Shown here piece after piece: positions 20,785-30,378 of a stretch of 64,000 nucleotides of DNA. Position 1 is the first letter of the stretch; each line of letters starts with the position of its first letter. The stretch covers positions 1 through 64,000 of the forward strand of contig JBECUI020000027.1 of NCBI GenBank assembly GCA_040954595.2, written 5' to 3'. Origin of the DNA: Balanoglossus misakiensis. Taxonomy: Eukaryota; Animalia; Hemichordata. The notes under the pieces were generated by a model. It saw only the letters and a program-made list of their open reading frames with translations, had not been told where the DNA came from and did not search any database. A program made the position numbers and the translations under genes.

Positions 20785-21807
20785 TTGAAAAGAATGATTG
20801 TCATAACATTAGTATCAATTTTTTTGATACTAGGTTTTGTAACTATAATCTGGTTTACTGACTTTGGAGGAATAAAAAAGAGATTTCTTGTTAGTCAAAT
20901 AGTCAAAATGAGAGTTTCTCCTAAGCGACTCGAAAATCCTAAAAATCCCTTGGATTATGGAATGGATTTTAAAGACGTGGATATTATGACCGAGGACGGA
21001 GTCCGTTTGAGCGCTTGGGAAATCCCCGCTAAAAGCCCATCTGATAAAACAATCATTGTTAACCATGCTCTTACTACAACGCGATACGGTGCCGTCGAAG
21101 GTCTTGATGGAGTGCCGGTTGAATATCTGCCGATGTTAAAACATTTGCATGAAAATGGTTACAATATAATTACTTATGATCATCGTGGTCAGGGAGAAAG
21201 CGATGGCGGTTTAGGGCGCAGGTCTTGGGGAAAAGACGCAGCAGTCGGTGCCGGCGTGACAGAGTGGCAGGATGTTATCGGATCTCTTAATTATGTAAAA
21301 AAGCATGATGATTTTGCTGATGACGAGATTGCTTTCATTAGTCACTGCATGGGAGCAAACGCTACTTTCCTAGCTTGGAGTAAGAGGCCGGAATTATTTA
21401 ACGACACAAAAATAAAGAGCTTAGTCGCCATTCAACCTACAGTGTCTTATAATATGGTCAGCCGATTCATCAAGGCAAAAATAGGAATGGATTTGGTCGA
21501 CGCCATCGAAGAATCGCAAATAGAAAAGTATGGTTATGGCTATGCAAATCCGCTTGAAACTATAAAAGATCTCTCTGTACCGGTTCTCTTTGCTCAAGTA
21601 AAAAAAGACATCTATACTTTTGATTCAGAAACCCGTAGGAATGATATTGAGATGATTTATGAATTATGTCCTACGGAGAAGTCACTTATATGGATTGGTT
21701 CAGAAGAAGCCAAAGCATTTGGAACTGATAAGCGTTTTGATGGTTATGGATACTTCAATGAATATCCTGATGAATTGCTAACTTTTCTTAATGCAAACTT
21801 CAGTTGA
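20785..21807 (+). CDS. Membrane-anchored alpha/beta hydrolase (Cys nucleophile)
   Basis: N-terminal TM, YDHRGQGES, nucleophile elbow SHCMG. Confidence 0.8.
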   Translation: MKRMIVITLVSIFLILGFVTIIWFTDFGGIKKRFLVSQIVKMRVSPKRLENPKNPLDYGMDFKDVDIMTEDGVRLSAWEIPAKSPSDKTIIVNHALTTTRYGAVEGLDGVPVEYLPMLKHLHENGYNIITYDHRGQGESDGGLGRRSWGKDAAVGAGVTEWQDVIGSLNYVKKHDDFADDEIAFISHCMGANATFLAWSKRPELFNDTKIKSLVAIQPTVSYNMVSRFIKAKIGMDLVDAIEESQIEKYGYGYANPLETIKDLSVPVLFAQVKKDIYTFDSETRRNDIEMIYELCPTEKSLIWIGSEEAKAFGTDKRFDGYGYFNEYPDELLTFLNANFS

Positions 21808-21865
21808 TACCATGGCATGTTGAAATTTCCTGTACAGGGATGAACATGAATTGAATTTAGGAAAA

Positions 21866-22150
21866 TGTACAGAACATCGCTTACATTTATCCAAGGACAT
21901 GGTCCACACTTTTAGTTCATTTTTATAGGTTATTATATTATGCATTTTCAGTTCATTGAAATCTGCATAATCGAAGAAGAACTGTCGGAAATAGACTCTG
22001 AAGATTTTATTTCCGACTTCTTCAAGACCAGGCATCTTGCCTCCAAATTGTGAGGACAGATACAGCCTGTGATTCTTTCCGACTCGAATCCCTCTGGATT
22101 TTGTAGCATATGGAGCTTCCATTTCTTTGGGGTAGATCCATTCTGGAATC
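21866..22150 (-). mobile_element. IS481-like transposase 3'-end remnant
   Basis: GLEEVGNKIFRVYFRQFF; on the minus strand it ends in TGTAAGCGATGTTCTGTACA. Confidence 0.6.
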
Positions 22151-22174
22151 ATCTCTGGATATCGATTTTTTGAC

Positions 22175-22418
22175 GGTAGTGTTTGAAAAATTGCGCACTT
22201 TCTAGAAAGGCATTGAGAACAATGTCCTCCAAAGTTGAAATGGAATCGAAGCAAAACCATTCACACGGAGGACAGAATGAAGTCAGAAAAAGACCCCACG
22301 GGAAAGATCGATGAAGGTCTCCTACAGAGCAAGGTAGGCCTAAAAGGTTAAAGAAACCGTAGAGGAAGCCTTGCATGCTCAATGCGGAGGCAGATCGTTT
22401 ACTTCAGGCTGAAAAATG
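22175..22418 (+). mobile_element. IS256-family left end and transposase 5' fragment
   Basis: IR GGTAGTGTTTGAAAAATTGCGCACTT, RBS GGAGG, ATG at 22277, KIDEGLLQSKV...KETVEEAL..MLNAEADRLLQAEK. Confidence 0.75.
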
Positions 22419-22440
22419 CTACCCGCTTCAATTTCACCTG

Positions 22441-22514
22441 ACTGGATGACGGGATTTGAACCCGCACCAAGCAGATCCACAGTCTGGTGCTCTACCAATT
22501 GAACTACACCCACC
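22441..22514 (-). tRNA. tRNA-His(GTG), probably pseudo (3' acceptor end replaced)
   Basis: G-1 GTGGGTG, D-arm, CTGTGGA anticodon loop, GGTTCAAATCC; the 3' strand reads CATCCAG and runs into GH127-derived sequence; C-C mismatch in the anticodon stem. Confidence 0.8.
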
Positions 22515-22557
22515 GCCTTTATTCTAATAATAGCATAAAATAAAAGATTATGTTAAA

Positions 22558-22988
22558 TCAAGTTTTTTCTGGTGTATACCTGCATTTATTCCGAAGTATC
22601 TTTTCTAGTGCATCAAGTGTCGATTCTGCCAAAATGCTTTGTTTTTCTCGAGATAGCAACTCTGCGATTTTCTCGGGTATGGGCGGAGACAGCTGCGTAC
22701 AATAAGGGAGATGTTTTTTCGCAGAGGGAGAAGACGAGGCGCAAAGGGAAATGCACGTTTGCAAATATCTTCTGCTCTTTTTTCATCGAAAGATTCAGGA
22801 AAGAGAGCTTGTAACATACTCGAAGCAATAGTTTTGAAATCCGTTTTGCTGTCGAATTCTGCAATAAGATGCCGTAGGTCGGGAGTCGAAACGGGCAGGA
22901 AGAGTCCGCCGTCCGGTGCCAATCCTTGCAGGACGGCATCATCAAAAGTTATGGTATATGCATGGTTTCGTGTACTATATAAAAGCAT
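22558..22988 (-). pseudogene. thrC: Threonine synthase with large internal deletion
   Basis: N-terminal YSTR...AVLQGLAPDGGLFLP...AFPFAPRL fused out of frame near 22700 to a C-terminal PIPEKIAELLSREKQS; catalytic core absent. Confidence 0.8.
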
Positions 22989-24382
22989 TATTCCTTTTCA
23001 AAAAACGTATGATGAACCGTCCTGAGAACGAGTTCACGTTCATTACTCTGAATGATAAACGATATATTTGTTTCTGATGATCCTTGTGCAATTGCGAGGA
23101 TATTTATTCCGACATCACCCAAGGCAGAAAATAACTTTCCTGCAATGCCGGGGTAACCACGCATGTTTAACCCGACTATTGCAACCATTTCAAGATTATA
23201 GACCGGGGTCAGATGGGTAATACGTTGCGTACGGATGTCATTTTCCAATTCCTTTCGCATACCGGTTAGGGCGGCGGGGACATCATCTTCTTGACATACA
23301 ATACAGATACTATGTTCACTTGAAGCTTGTGAGATCATCATTATATTGACACCGGCATGGTTCAGAGCGGTAAAGATTCGGGCAGCAATGCCTTTGCTCC
23401 CAATCATGCGTGGCCCTTCGATGTTAATAATGGCTACCCGTTCAATGGAGGCAAGACCGGTTATTGCATGTGAGTGATGTACTTTTTCATGCACAATATG
23501 TGTGCCCATGTGATCTGTTTGAAAGGTATTGCGGACATAAACAGGTATACTGTGTTCGAGAAGGGGAATGAGCGTATATGGATGCACAACACTTGCCCCA
23601 AAATGTGAAAGTTCCATAGCCTCTTGCATGGATATTTTGGGTAAAACAAATGCTTGTGGGACATAGTTGGGATCGGCACTAAAGAAGCCGTCGACATCAG
23701 TCCATATTTCCACAGCATGTGCCGACAGGGCGGCCCCAATGAGTGCTGCGGTGTAATCCGATCCGTTTCGCCCAAGTGTTGCGGACTTCCCGGTATCAGT
23801 TGATGCAATATAGCCGGGAACAACTGCTATGCTCGTTCGGTCCTGTAATTGTTCGGAAATAGCGGCATAGCTAATGGCGGTATCAACGACTTCTGTGGTG
23901 GAAGAGACAATAATCATTGTGCGTGCATCAACATAGCGAACGGGCACAGTATGAGTACTGAGATAATAGCTAAAAATGATACAGGACAGTTGTTCGCCAA
24001 ACCCTGCAATACAGGCACGAGAAATGGGGGAGCATTCTTTAATGAGGTATATGCCATATAATAATTTTTCCAGATCGGAGAGCAAGTGTGATACTGCTTG
24101 TCGGACCTCATTATGGTCTTCAAACAGTTTATCAATAACACGTGTATGTTTATCTTGAAGACTGGAAAGAGTATCTTTATATGCAGGGTTGCCTTCTCCC
24201 GCTAATTCCCCAGCCTGCATAAGCATATCGGTGGTACCTTTCATAGCAGATAATACAACTATAATTTCCTTCGTACTCTTATACTTTGTTTTAATTATGT
24301 TAGTAACTTTTTTTATAGCTACATCGTTTGCAAGAGAACTTCCTCCAAACTTCATAACTGTTATATCTTGTTTCATTCTCAT
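22988..24382 (-). CDS. lysC: Aspartate kinase (two ACT domains)
   Basis: VMKFGGSS, VLSAM, TLGRNGSDYTA, IWTDVDG, ISQASSE, AIAQGSSE. Confidence 0.9.
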   Translation of the reverse strand: MRMKQDITVMKFGGSSLANDVAIKKVTNIIKTKYKSTKEIIVVLSAMKGTTDMLMQAGELAGEGNPAYKDTLSSLQDKHTRVIDKLFEDHNEVRQAVSHLLSDLEKLLYGIYLIKECSPISRACIAGFGEQLSCIIFSYYLSTHTVPVRYVDARTMIIVSSTTEVVDTAISYAAISEQLQDRTSIAVVPGYIASTDTGKSATLGRNGSDYTAALIGAALSAHAVEIWTDVDGFFSADPNYVPQAFVLPKISMQEAMELSHFGASVVHPYTLIPLLEHSIPVYVRNTFQTDHMGTHIVHEKVHHSHAITGLASIERVAIINIEGPRMIGSKGIAARIFTALNHAGVNIMMISQASSEHSICIVCQEDDVPAALTGMRKELENDIRTQRITHLTPVYNLEMVAIVGLNMRGYPGIAGKLFSALGDVGINILAIAQGSSETNISFIIQSNERELVLRTVHHTFFEKE

Positions 24383-24486
24383 AGGTAATAATACTATGTT
24401 TTTTCTTAATTATTCTACTAGGCATGATTAATTTAATGGATTAATACTTGACGTATGATAATGAATATGCTATCCCTCTTGATATT

Positions 24487-24579
24487 AAAGGACCTATGGC
24501 GGGTAATAATGTTTCCCATGCGCATAATAAAAGTCGGCGCCGGCAATTGCCGAACGTACAGCGGAAACGTTCTTTGTAA
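24487..24579 (+). pseudogene. rpmB: Internal fragment of 50S ribosomal protein L28
   Basis: Translates [28 protein letters not shown] (L28 signature GNNVSHAxNKxRR..PN); N- and C-termini missing. Confidence 0.75.
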
Positions 24580-24599
24580 CGTTAATGCTTTCTACCTTA

Positions 24600-25048
24600 T
24601 CACTGACAATATTAGCCATATACTTTTGTACAGAACTGTTTTTGGACTTCGTCTACGTTCCATAGGAGAAAATCCGAGTGTAGCACTTTCTTTAGGATTG
24701 AACGTATCTATGCATAAGTATGTTGCTGTTGTTATTTGTGGCATGCTTGCCGGTCTATCCGGTGCATTTCTTTCTATAGTTGATTTAGATTTTTTTGTTC
24801 GAGATATGTCTGCAGGGCGAGGTTATATAGCCGTAGTTATTAATATTATGGGACGATTTTCTCCTATTGGAATTATGGTTACTTCTCTTTTATTTGGTTT
24901 TGCCGAGGCTTGTCAGATATATTTCCAACAATTTAATTTCCCGCCGCAGATTATTCGAGCTCTTCCTTATATTGTTCCCCTTGTTGCTATGGTGGTGGGG
25001 GTACAACATATTAAAGCCCCGGAAGGGCTGGCGAAACATCCGGATTAG
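24600..25048 (+). pseudogene. Nucleoside/simple-sugar ABC permease, 3' half only
   Basis: LYRTVFGLRLRSIGENP, MSAGRGYIA, ALPYI...KAPEGL; N-terminal half missing. Confidence 0.75.
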
Positions 25049-25230
25049 GCGGAGACATAGGAAAAGGAGGTGTAAAGAAGAAAACCTTTGTTGTCGTTTA
25101 AGTTGAGAAATTTAGGATTGAGTATAATCCCAAAATAAGGTTGGGACTTTCTAGCAAACCCCTGAAATTGTTTGACTACTTGAATTTTGTTTGAAGTATT
25201 GGTTCTTAGGATACTGATACAAAGTTTTTT

Positions 25231-25340
25231 ACGTATGTTTTACGTATGTTTTACGTATGTTTTACGTATGTTTTACGTATGTTTTACGTATGTTTTACGT
25301 ATGTTTTACGTATGTTTTACGTATGTTTTACGTATGTTTT
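25231..25340 (+). repeat. Perfect tandem repeat (ACGTATGTTTT) x10
   Basis: Ten exact 11-bp units, ending immediately before the RBS AAGAGG. Confidence 0.97.
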
Positions 25341-25352
25341 AAGAGGAAAGTT

Positions 25353-26933
25353 ATGAAACAAAACAAAGTATTTCAAATAATAATCCTGCTGTTTGTAGGA
25401 ACGTTCTTATTTAGTTGTGCTTCCACGAATAATGCGTTTAGAGAGGGAGCAAAAGAGGTAAGCATCGTATTTACCAACGATCTCCACGCTTGGCTAGAGC
25501 CTTTTAAGGAGTGGGCAGCAAAATCGGAGGGAAAAGTAGGCGGATTTGCTTATATGAAAGGGTATGTAGAAGAAGTAAAACAAGAAAAAGAAAATGTAGT
25601 ATTCTTGGATGCTGGCGATTACATTATGGGACCCAATATCAGCTCTCTCACACAGGGAGAAGCGATAATAGAAGTGATGAATACGATGGAATATGATGCG
25701 GTGGTTCTTGGCAACCATGAGTTTGACCATCATTATAAACAGACAATCCGCCTTATGGAAATAGCAACATTTCCGGTATTAGGTTCCAATATCTATTATA
25801 ATGACGGACAGCGTTTTGCTCCTGAGAGCGTAATATTGGATAAAGACGGGCTGCGGATCGGAGTTGTCGGAATTTTGGCAAAAGATGTAGCTAAAGATTC
25901 CATTCAGGCAAGTCTTATTGACGGGCTTACGTTCCGAGACGAAAGAGAAGAATTACGGAGTTTGGTTGGTGAATTGAGGAAAAGTGTCGATCTTGTTGTT
26001 GTTCTTGCCCATGAGGGCTTGTCGGGATATCAATCGAGTACGGCGGATACCGATTCATTCCGAAAAAAAGATCTTGATGTCCATTTAGCCTTGGCAAATA
26101 GTATTCCCGGAATAGATATTCTGCTTACGGGACATTCACACCAAGGAATAGAAGTATTTGCCGATAAGACCGGTACTTTAATTATGCAGAATTGGGGTCT
26201 TGGTCGTTCAATCGGGCGGATAGATGTTACTGTGCATAAAGAAAACGGTACAATTGTGTCTGTCGAGAAAAGGGGCAGGTTGATACCGGTCGATCTGGGT
26301 ACTATTGAGGCACACCCGCCGACTGTAGCAGAAATTGAGAAACAAAAAACCGCTGTTTCTACAATTATTAGTCGCCCTGTCGGCGCAAGTTCCATTGATT
26401 TAACGCGAACAGATCAAGAGGATTCTTCCTTGGGAACTCTCATAACTTCAGCTATGTTGCATTATTACGAGGGCGATATTGCTGTTACGAACAGTCGTGG
26501 TATTCGAAGTGATATTGCTGCCGGTGATATAACAATCGGCGATGTTATTACAGCCCTTCCCTTTGATGATCTTATTAGAGTGGTTACGCTTACGGGAGAA
26601 GATATTATCGGTTTAATAGAACATGCGTTAACATTTAAAAACGGCAATCTTCAGATTGCCGGAATGGAAGTTCGATATGATCTCAGCAAGGAAGAGGGAA
26701 ATCGTGCTGTCGGCGTTACTATTGACGGACGTCCCTTGGAGTTGAAACGATCGTATCGGGTCGTAACGCAAGATTTTCTCTCTACAGGTGGAGGAGGATA
26801 TTTGAACTTTCACAATGCAAGGGAACGAACTGAATATGTTGAACTGTTGTATGAGGTAGTAGCAAAGTACATAACCGAACTTGGTGTTATAACGGAAAAA
26901 TGGCAACGTGAAGACCGCTGGATACCCAATTAA
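25353..26933 (+). CDS. 5'-nucleotidase/UDP-sugar hydrolase family lipoprotein
   Basis: Lipobox FLFSC, TNDLH, LDAGD, LGNHEFD, LAHEG, TGHSH, C-terminal 5'-NT domain (NSRGIRS, LPF, FLSTGGGGY). Confidence 0.92.
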   Translation: MKQNKVFQIIILLFVGTFLFSCASTNNAFREGAKEVSIVFTNDLHAWLEPFKEWAAKSEGKVGGFAYMKGYVEEVKQEKENVVFLDAGDYIMGPNISSLTQGEAIIEVMNTMEYDAVVLGNHEFDHHYKQTIRLMEIATFPVLGSNIYYNDGQRFAPESVILDKDGLRIGVVGILAKDVAKDSIQASLIDGLTFRDEREELRSLVGELRKSVDLVVVLAHEGLSGYQSSTADTDSFRKKDLDVHLALANSIPGIDILLTGHSHQGIEVFADKTGTLIMQNWGLGRSIGRIDVTVHKENGTIVSVEKRGRLIPVDLGTIEAHPPTVAEIEKQKTAVSTIISRPVGASSIDLTRTDQEDSSLGTLITSAMLHYYEGDIAVTNSRGIRSDIAAGDITIGDVITALPFDDLIRVVTLTGEDIIGLIEHALTFKNGNLQIAGMEVRYDLSKEEGNRAVGVTIDGRPLELKRSYRVVTQDFLSTGGGGYLNFHNARERTEYVELLYEVVAKYITELGVITEKWQREDRWIPN

Positions 26934-26947
26934 CCTGTAGTTTGTTA

Positions 26948-26986
26948 AAAAAACAGAAGGAATATTTTTTAATGTTCCTTCTGTTT
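26948..26986 (+). terminator. Hairpin after the 5'-nucleotidase gene
   Basis: AAACAGAAGGAATATT...AATGTTCCTTCTGTTT. Confidence 0.6.
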
Positions 26987-27069
26987 GGTAAAAAGTTTTA
27001 TATAACTGATTATTCTGAAAACACAATGCTTTCTGTATAAGGAACTTTGTTGGAGGTATTATTTATTAA

Positions 27070-28429
27070 ATGAAAAATATAATTTTTGTTTTTCCAGATC
27101 AACTTCGCTATGATTGGTATTGGCGGTAATGGCAACAAACATGTTCAAACACCGCATATAGATCGGTTTATTGCCGAGGGGATCAGTTTTGACAACGCCT
27201 ATGCAAGTTGTCCACTCTGTGCACCGTTTCGTGGGCAATTACTGACGGGGAAGTATTCGCATGCGAACGGAGTTATATGCAACGAATACGCGTTAAAAGA
27301 TGGACAGACATATCTTCCACAGCTGTTGAAGCAGCAGGGTTATAACACTGCCTATGTGGGGAAGTGGCATTTAGGATAGGGTCCGTATCCTATGGCTACT
27401 ATGCGCCGGAAAGAGAACTCGATCTTGTTCAACAGTATATTACCGATCAGGGTAAAAATCCATTTGCGGTTTTTCTTTCATGGGGACCACCTCATCCTTC
27501 CTGGGGTCCAAATATTATAGATAACAAAAAAGAGGGTGGTATGGAATCTATCCCCAGAGGTATAATACATATAATCCGGATACAATAGAAGTAGGCGAAA
27601 ATGTTCCTTGTCAGTTTGAACCCTTTGAACGACAGGAGCGGGCAGATTATTATGGCATGATTACCTCGTTGGACGATCAGTTTGGACGGCTGATGCAGTA
27701 TCTCAAGAAAAACGGGTTGTATGAAAATACTATCATTTGTTTTGCATCCGATCATGGGGATCATCTCGGTGCCCATGGCTATGGGCAGCCCGGATTTGAT
27801 TGCTTACACCCTACTATGAGGGCGGCAAAGGGTACTCCACATGAGGAATCCATCCATATCCCCTTTGTTCTATGGGATCCACAGCTGGAACGACAAGATA
27901 ATCGGTATGCAGGTTTCTTTAGTAGCGTTGATATTTATTGCCCACCTTGCTCGGGCTATGTGGACTAGATGTTCCAGAGGAATGTCAAGGGATAGATAAT
28001 ACTCCCTACCTGCAAAAAGGATTGCAATCTCCGCATGATTCGGTGTATCTGCAAAACCTTGCGACAGGCTGGCCTAATCGTTCCGAATGGGTAGGCATGT
28101 GGAGAGGGGTGCGGAATGAACTGTATATCTATGCCCGCTGGCAGATCCCCAAGGGGAAGAAAATTCTTTTTGATCGAACAAATGATCCGTGGGAAATGAA
28201 CAATGCAGCAGGAAATCCGAAGTTTGCTGAGATTGAAGAAGCACTGGAAGCACGATTGCAGCAATGGATGCGGGAAACGAATGATCCCTTTGATACGGGA
28301 AAGCGCATAGAGAATATCGGGATACTTGAACTTGAGCAAAAACTTATTGATAGAAATATGTTCAGGGAAGGAAGTTTTTACGGTGCCTTGCCGGCGGCTC
28401 TTGCAGAATACCTAGATGCACGAGGGTAA
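27070..28429 (+). pseudogene. Sulfatase, fragmented
   Basis: MKNIIFVFPDQLRYD, LCAPFRGQLLTG, GKWHLG*, ASDHG, WRGVR spread over several frames; apparent deletion after GKWHLG. Confidence 0.85.
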
Positions 28430-28547
28430 TTTGTTTAATCAGTCTCTGTAACCGTTGCGGTTTGATTGGCGTATCTCCTTTAGGAACTGAGGTCACCCTT
28501 GATATGAATTGGATTATGTTCGGAAGAATACTCAGCAACTTCTTATA

Positions 28548-29576
28548 CTAATTCGAAAGTACGCATATTCCACTTTCAGGGAAATTCAGTTTAATTGTAT
28601 CCCCTGTATTAAGTGCTATACTGTCGCTTGTATTCACTACAATATCTCCTAATTCAGAATCTACTTCGTATTGATAACTATCTCCCAGGTATGTTCTTAC
28701 TTTTATATGACCTTCAATTAAGGATTCACCGTTTTGATCAACTGCGATATTTTGAGGTCTAATGGCAATTTTTTTTGCAATATCTACATCTTTGGCTTTA
28801 ATCTCTTTTCCATTACTTAACCTATATAAACCTTTACCGACCTTGGTAACATCCAGTAGGTTTTTAAAACCTACAAAGTCTGCAACAAAGAACGAATTGG
28901 GACTACTGTAAATATTTTCCGGAGTATCATATTGCTCGATTTTACCATTATTCATAATAGCAACTTTGTCAGAAATAGAAAAACACTCTTCCTGATCGTG
29001 GGTAATCAGAATTGTTGTGATTTTAAACTTCTGTTGCATTTTTTTAATTTGTGCTCTCATTTCAATTCTTAGTTTTGCATCAAGGTTAGAAAGAGGTTCA
29101 TCTAAAAGAAGCAGTTTTGGAGAGATAACTAATGCTCTCGCAAGCGCCACTCGTTGTCTTTGACCACCACTTAAACTTTCAGGTTTTCTGTCTTTCAAAG
29201 ATATCATTTCAACTGTTTCTAATATATCTAATACTTGTTTTTCTCTTTGATCAACAGGAACTTTTCTCAGTTTTAACCCATAAGCTACGTTCTCATAAAC
29301 TGTCATATTGGGAAATAGCGCATATGACTGAAAAACAATACCAAAATTGCGTTTATTTATAGGTGTTTTGGAATAGTCTTCATCATCGATTAATATTTCA
29401 CCTCCACGAGCATCTAAAAACCCTGCAACTGCTCTAAGTGTTGTAGTTTTACCGCAACCAGAAGGCCCTAATATTGAAACCAGCTTCCCATTTTCTATGT
29501 CTAAATTATAATCTTCTAAAATATTAACCTTGCCGTCATAAGATACTTTCAAGTCATTAAGTTGTAATCTTGCCAT
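28548..29576 (-). CDS. PotA-like ABC ATPase
   Basis: GPSGCGKTT, LSGGQRQR, LLDEPLSNLD, TOBE-like C-terminus. Confidence 0.92.
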   Translation of the reverse strand: MARLQLNDLKVSYDGKVNILEDYNLDIENGKLVSILGPSGCGKTTTLRAVAGFLDARGGEILIDDEDYSKTPINKRNFGIVFQSYALFPNMTVYENVAYGLKLRKVPVDQREKQVLDILETVEMISLKDRKPESLSGGQRQRVALARALVISPKLLLLDEPLSNLDAKLRIEMRAQIKKMQQKFKITTILITHDQEECFSISDKVAIMNNGKIEQYDTPENIYSSPNSFFVADFVGFKNLLDVTKVGKGLYRLSNGKEIKAKDVDIAKKIAIRPQNIAVDQNGESLIEGHIKVRTYLGDSYQYEVDSELGDIVVNTSDSIALNTGDTIKLNFPESGICVLSN

Positions 29577-29583
29577 GTTTATT

Positions 29584-30378
29584 TTACCTTCCGTAATTAT
29601 TTAGACCTAAAGTCTTTTCAATTAAAAATGTAATACCAATTGTTATAAATAGTAGCACAACCGAAACAGCTGCAACTCCCGGGTTCCCGTATTTTTCAAC
29701 ATCCTGCATCATAATGATTGGAAGTGGAGTAGCCCCTCTTCCGTATAAGAAAATCGAGATGGGGATATTGTTAAACGACGTAATAAATGAAAGTACAGAG
29801 GCAGATACTATAGCTGGTGTAATACTGGGTAGTAATATATGCAGTATAAAATCTTTCTTCGTTGCACCTAAGCTCGTTGCGGCATCTTCTATTAAAAAAT
29901 CAAACTTATCAAAGGCACCACCGATTACTCTTATTGTATAAGGGAACAAGATTATAATATGAGCTAACATTAAAACTAAGAACTTAGGTAACTTCATATC
30001 GAATTCCTTAGCAAGAAAAACCCAACATAAAAATAGAGAATAACTAAGTACTATTCCCGGTATTAAGACTGGTGAAAAGAAAATATTTTTAATTCGTTTT
30101 GTGAATTTATCATTATATTTGGCTAAACCATAAGCAACCGGGACTCCAAAACATAATGAAATTATAGTTGCTAAAATTCCCACTTGAAAACTAATTGTAA
30201 ACCCGGATATATAATTGCTGCTAAATGCAATTTTATACCATTTCAATGAAGATCCTTTAATTGGAAATGTTAATATATCATCACTATTAAAAGATGCGAC
30301 AACAGTTATAAATAGTGGATATACCAAATAAAAGAGAACCAAAAAGACAAAAATTGTTAGTATTTTACTTTTTTTCAT
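29584..30378 (-). CDS. PotC-like ABC permease
   Basis: Hydrophobic; IEDAATSLGA loop. Confidence 0.88.
   Translation of the reverse strand: MKKSKILTIFVFLVLFYLVYPLFITVVASFNSDDILTFPIKGSSLKWYKIAFSSNYISGFTISFQVGILATIISLCFGVPVAYGLAKYNDKFTKRIKNIFFSPVLIPGIVLSYSLFLCWVFLAKEFDMKLPKFLVLMLAHIIILFPYTIRVIGGAFDKFDFLIEDAATSLGATKKDFILHILLPSITPAIVSASVLSFITSFNNIPISIFLYGRGATPLPIIMMQDVEKYGNPGVAAVSVVLLFITIGITFLIEKTLGLNNYGR

Noticed and set aside
22419-22450. 32-bp GH127 match read as a CRISPR spacer or guide
   Set aside because: It has no flanking repeats, and the same left junction continues into a long GH127 copy at 35979, so it is better explained as a deletion remnant
24455-25048. 197-aa ORF as an intact gene
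   Set aside because: It is a chimeric frame: the first ~50 codons overlie the rpmB relic and only the remainder is permease-like
25257-25352. N-terminal repeat peptide MFYVCFTYVLR on the nucleotidase
   Set aside because: It is a translation of the 11-bp DNA repeat; the RBS and signal peptide place the start at 25353
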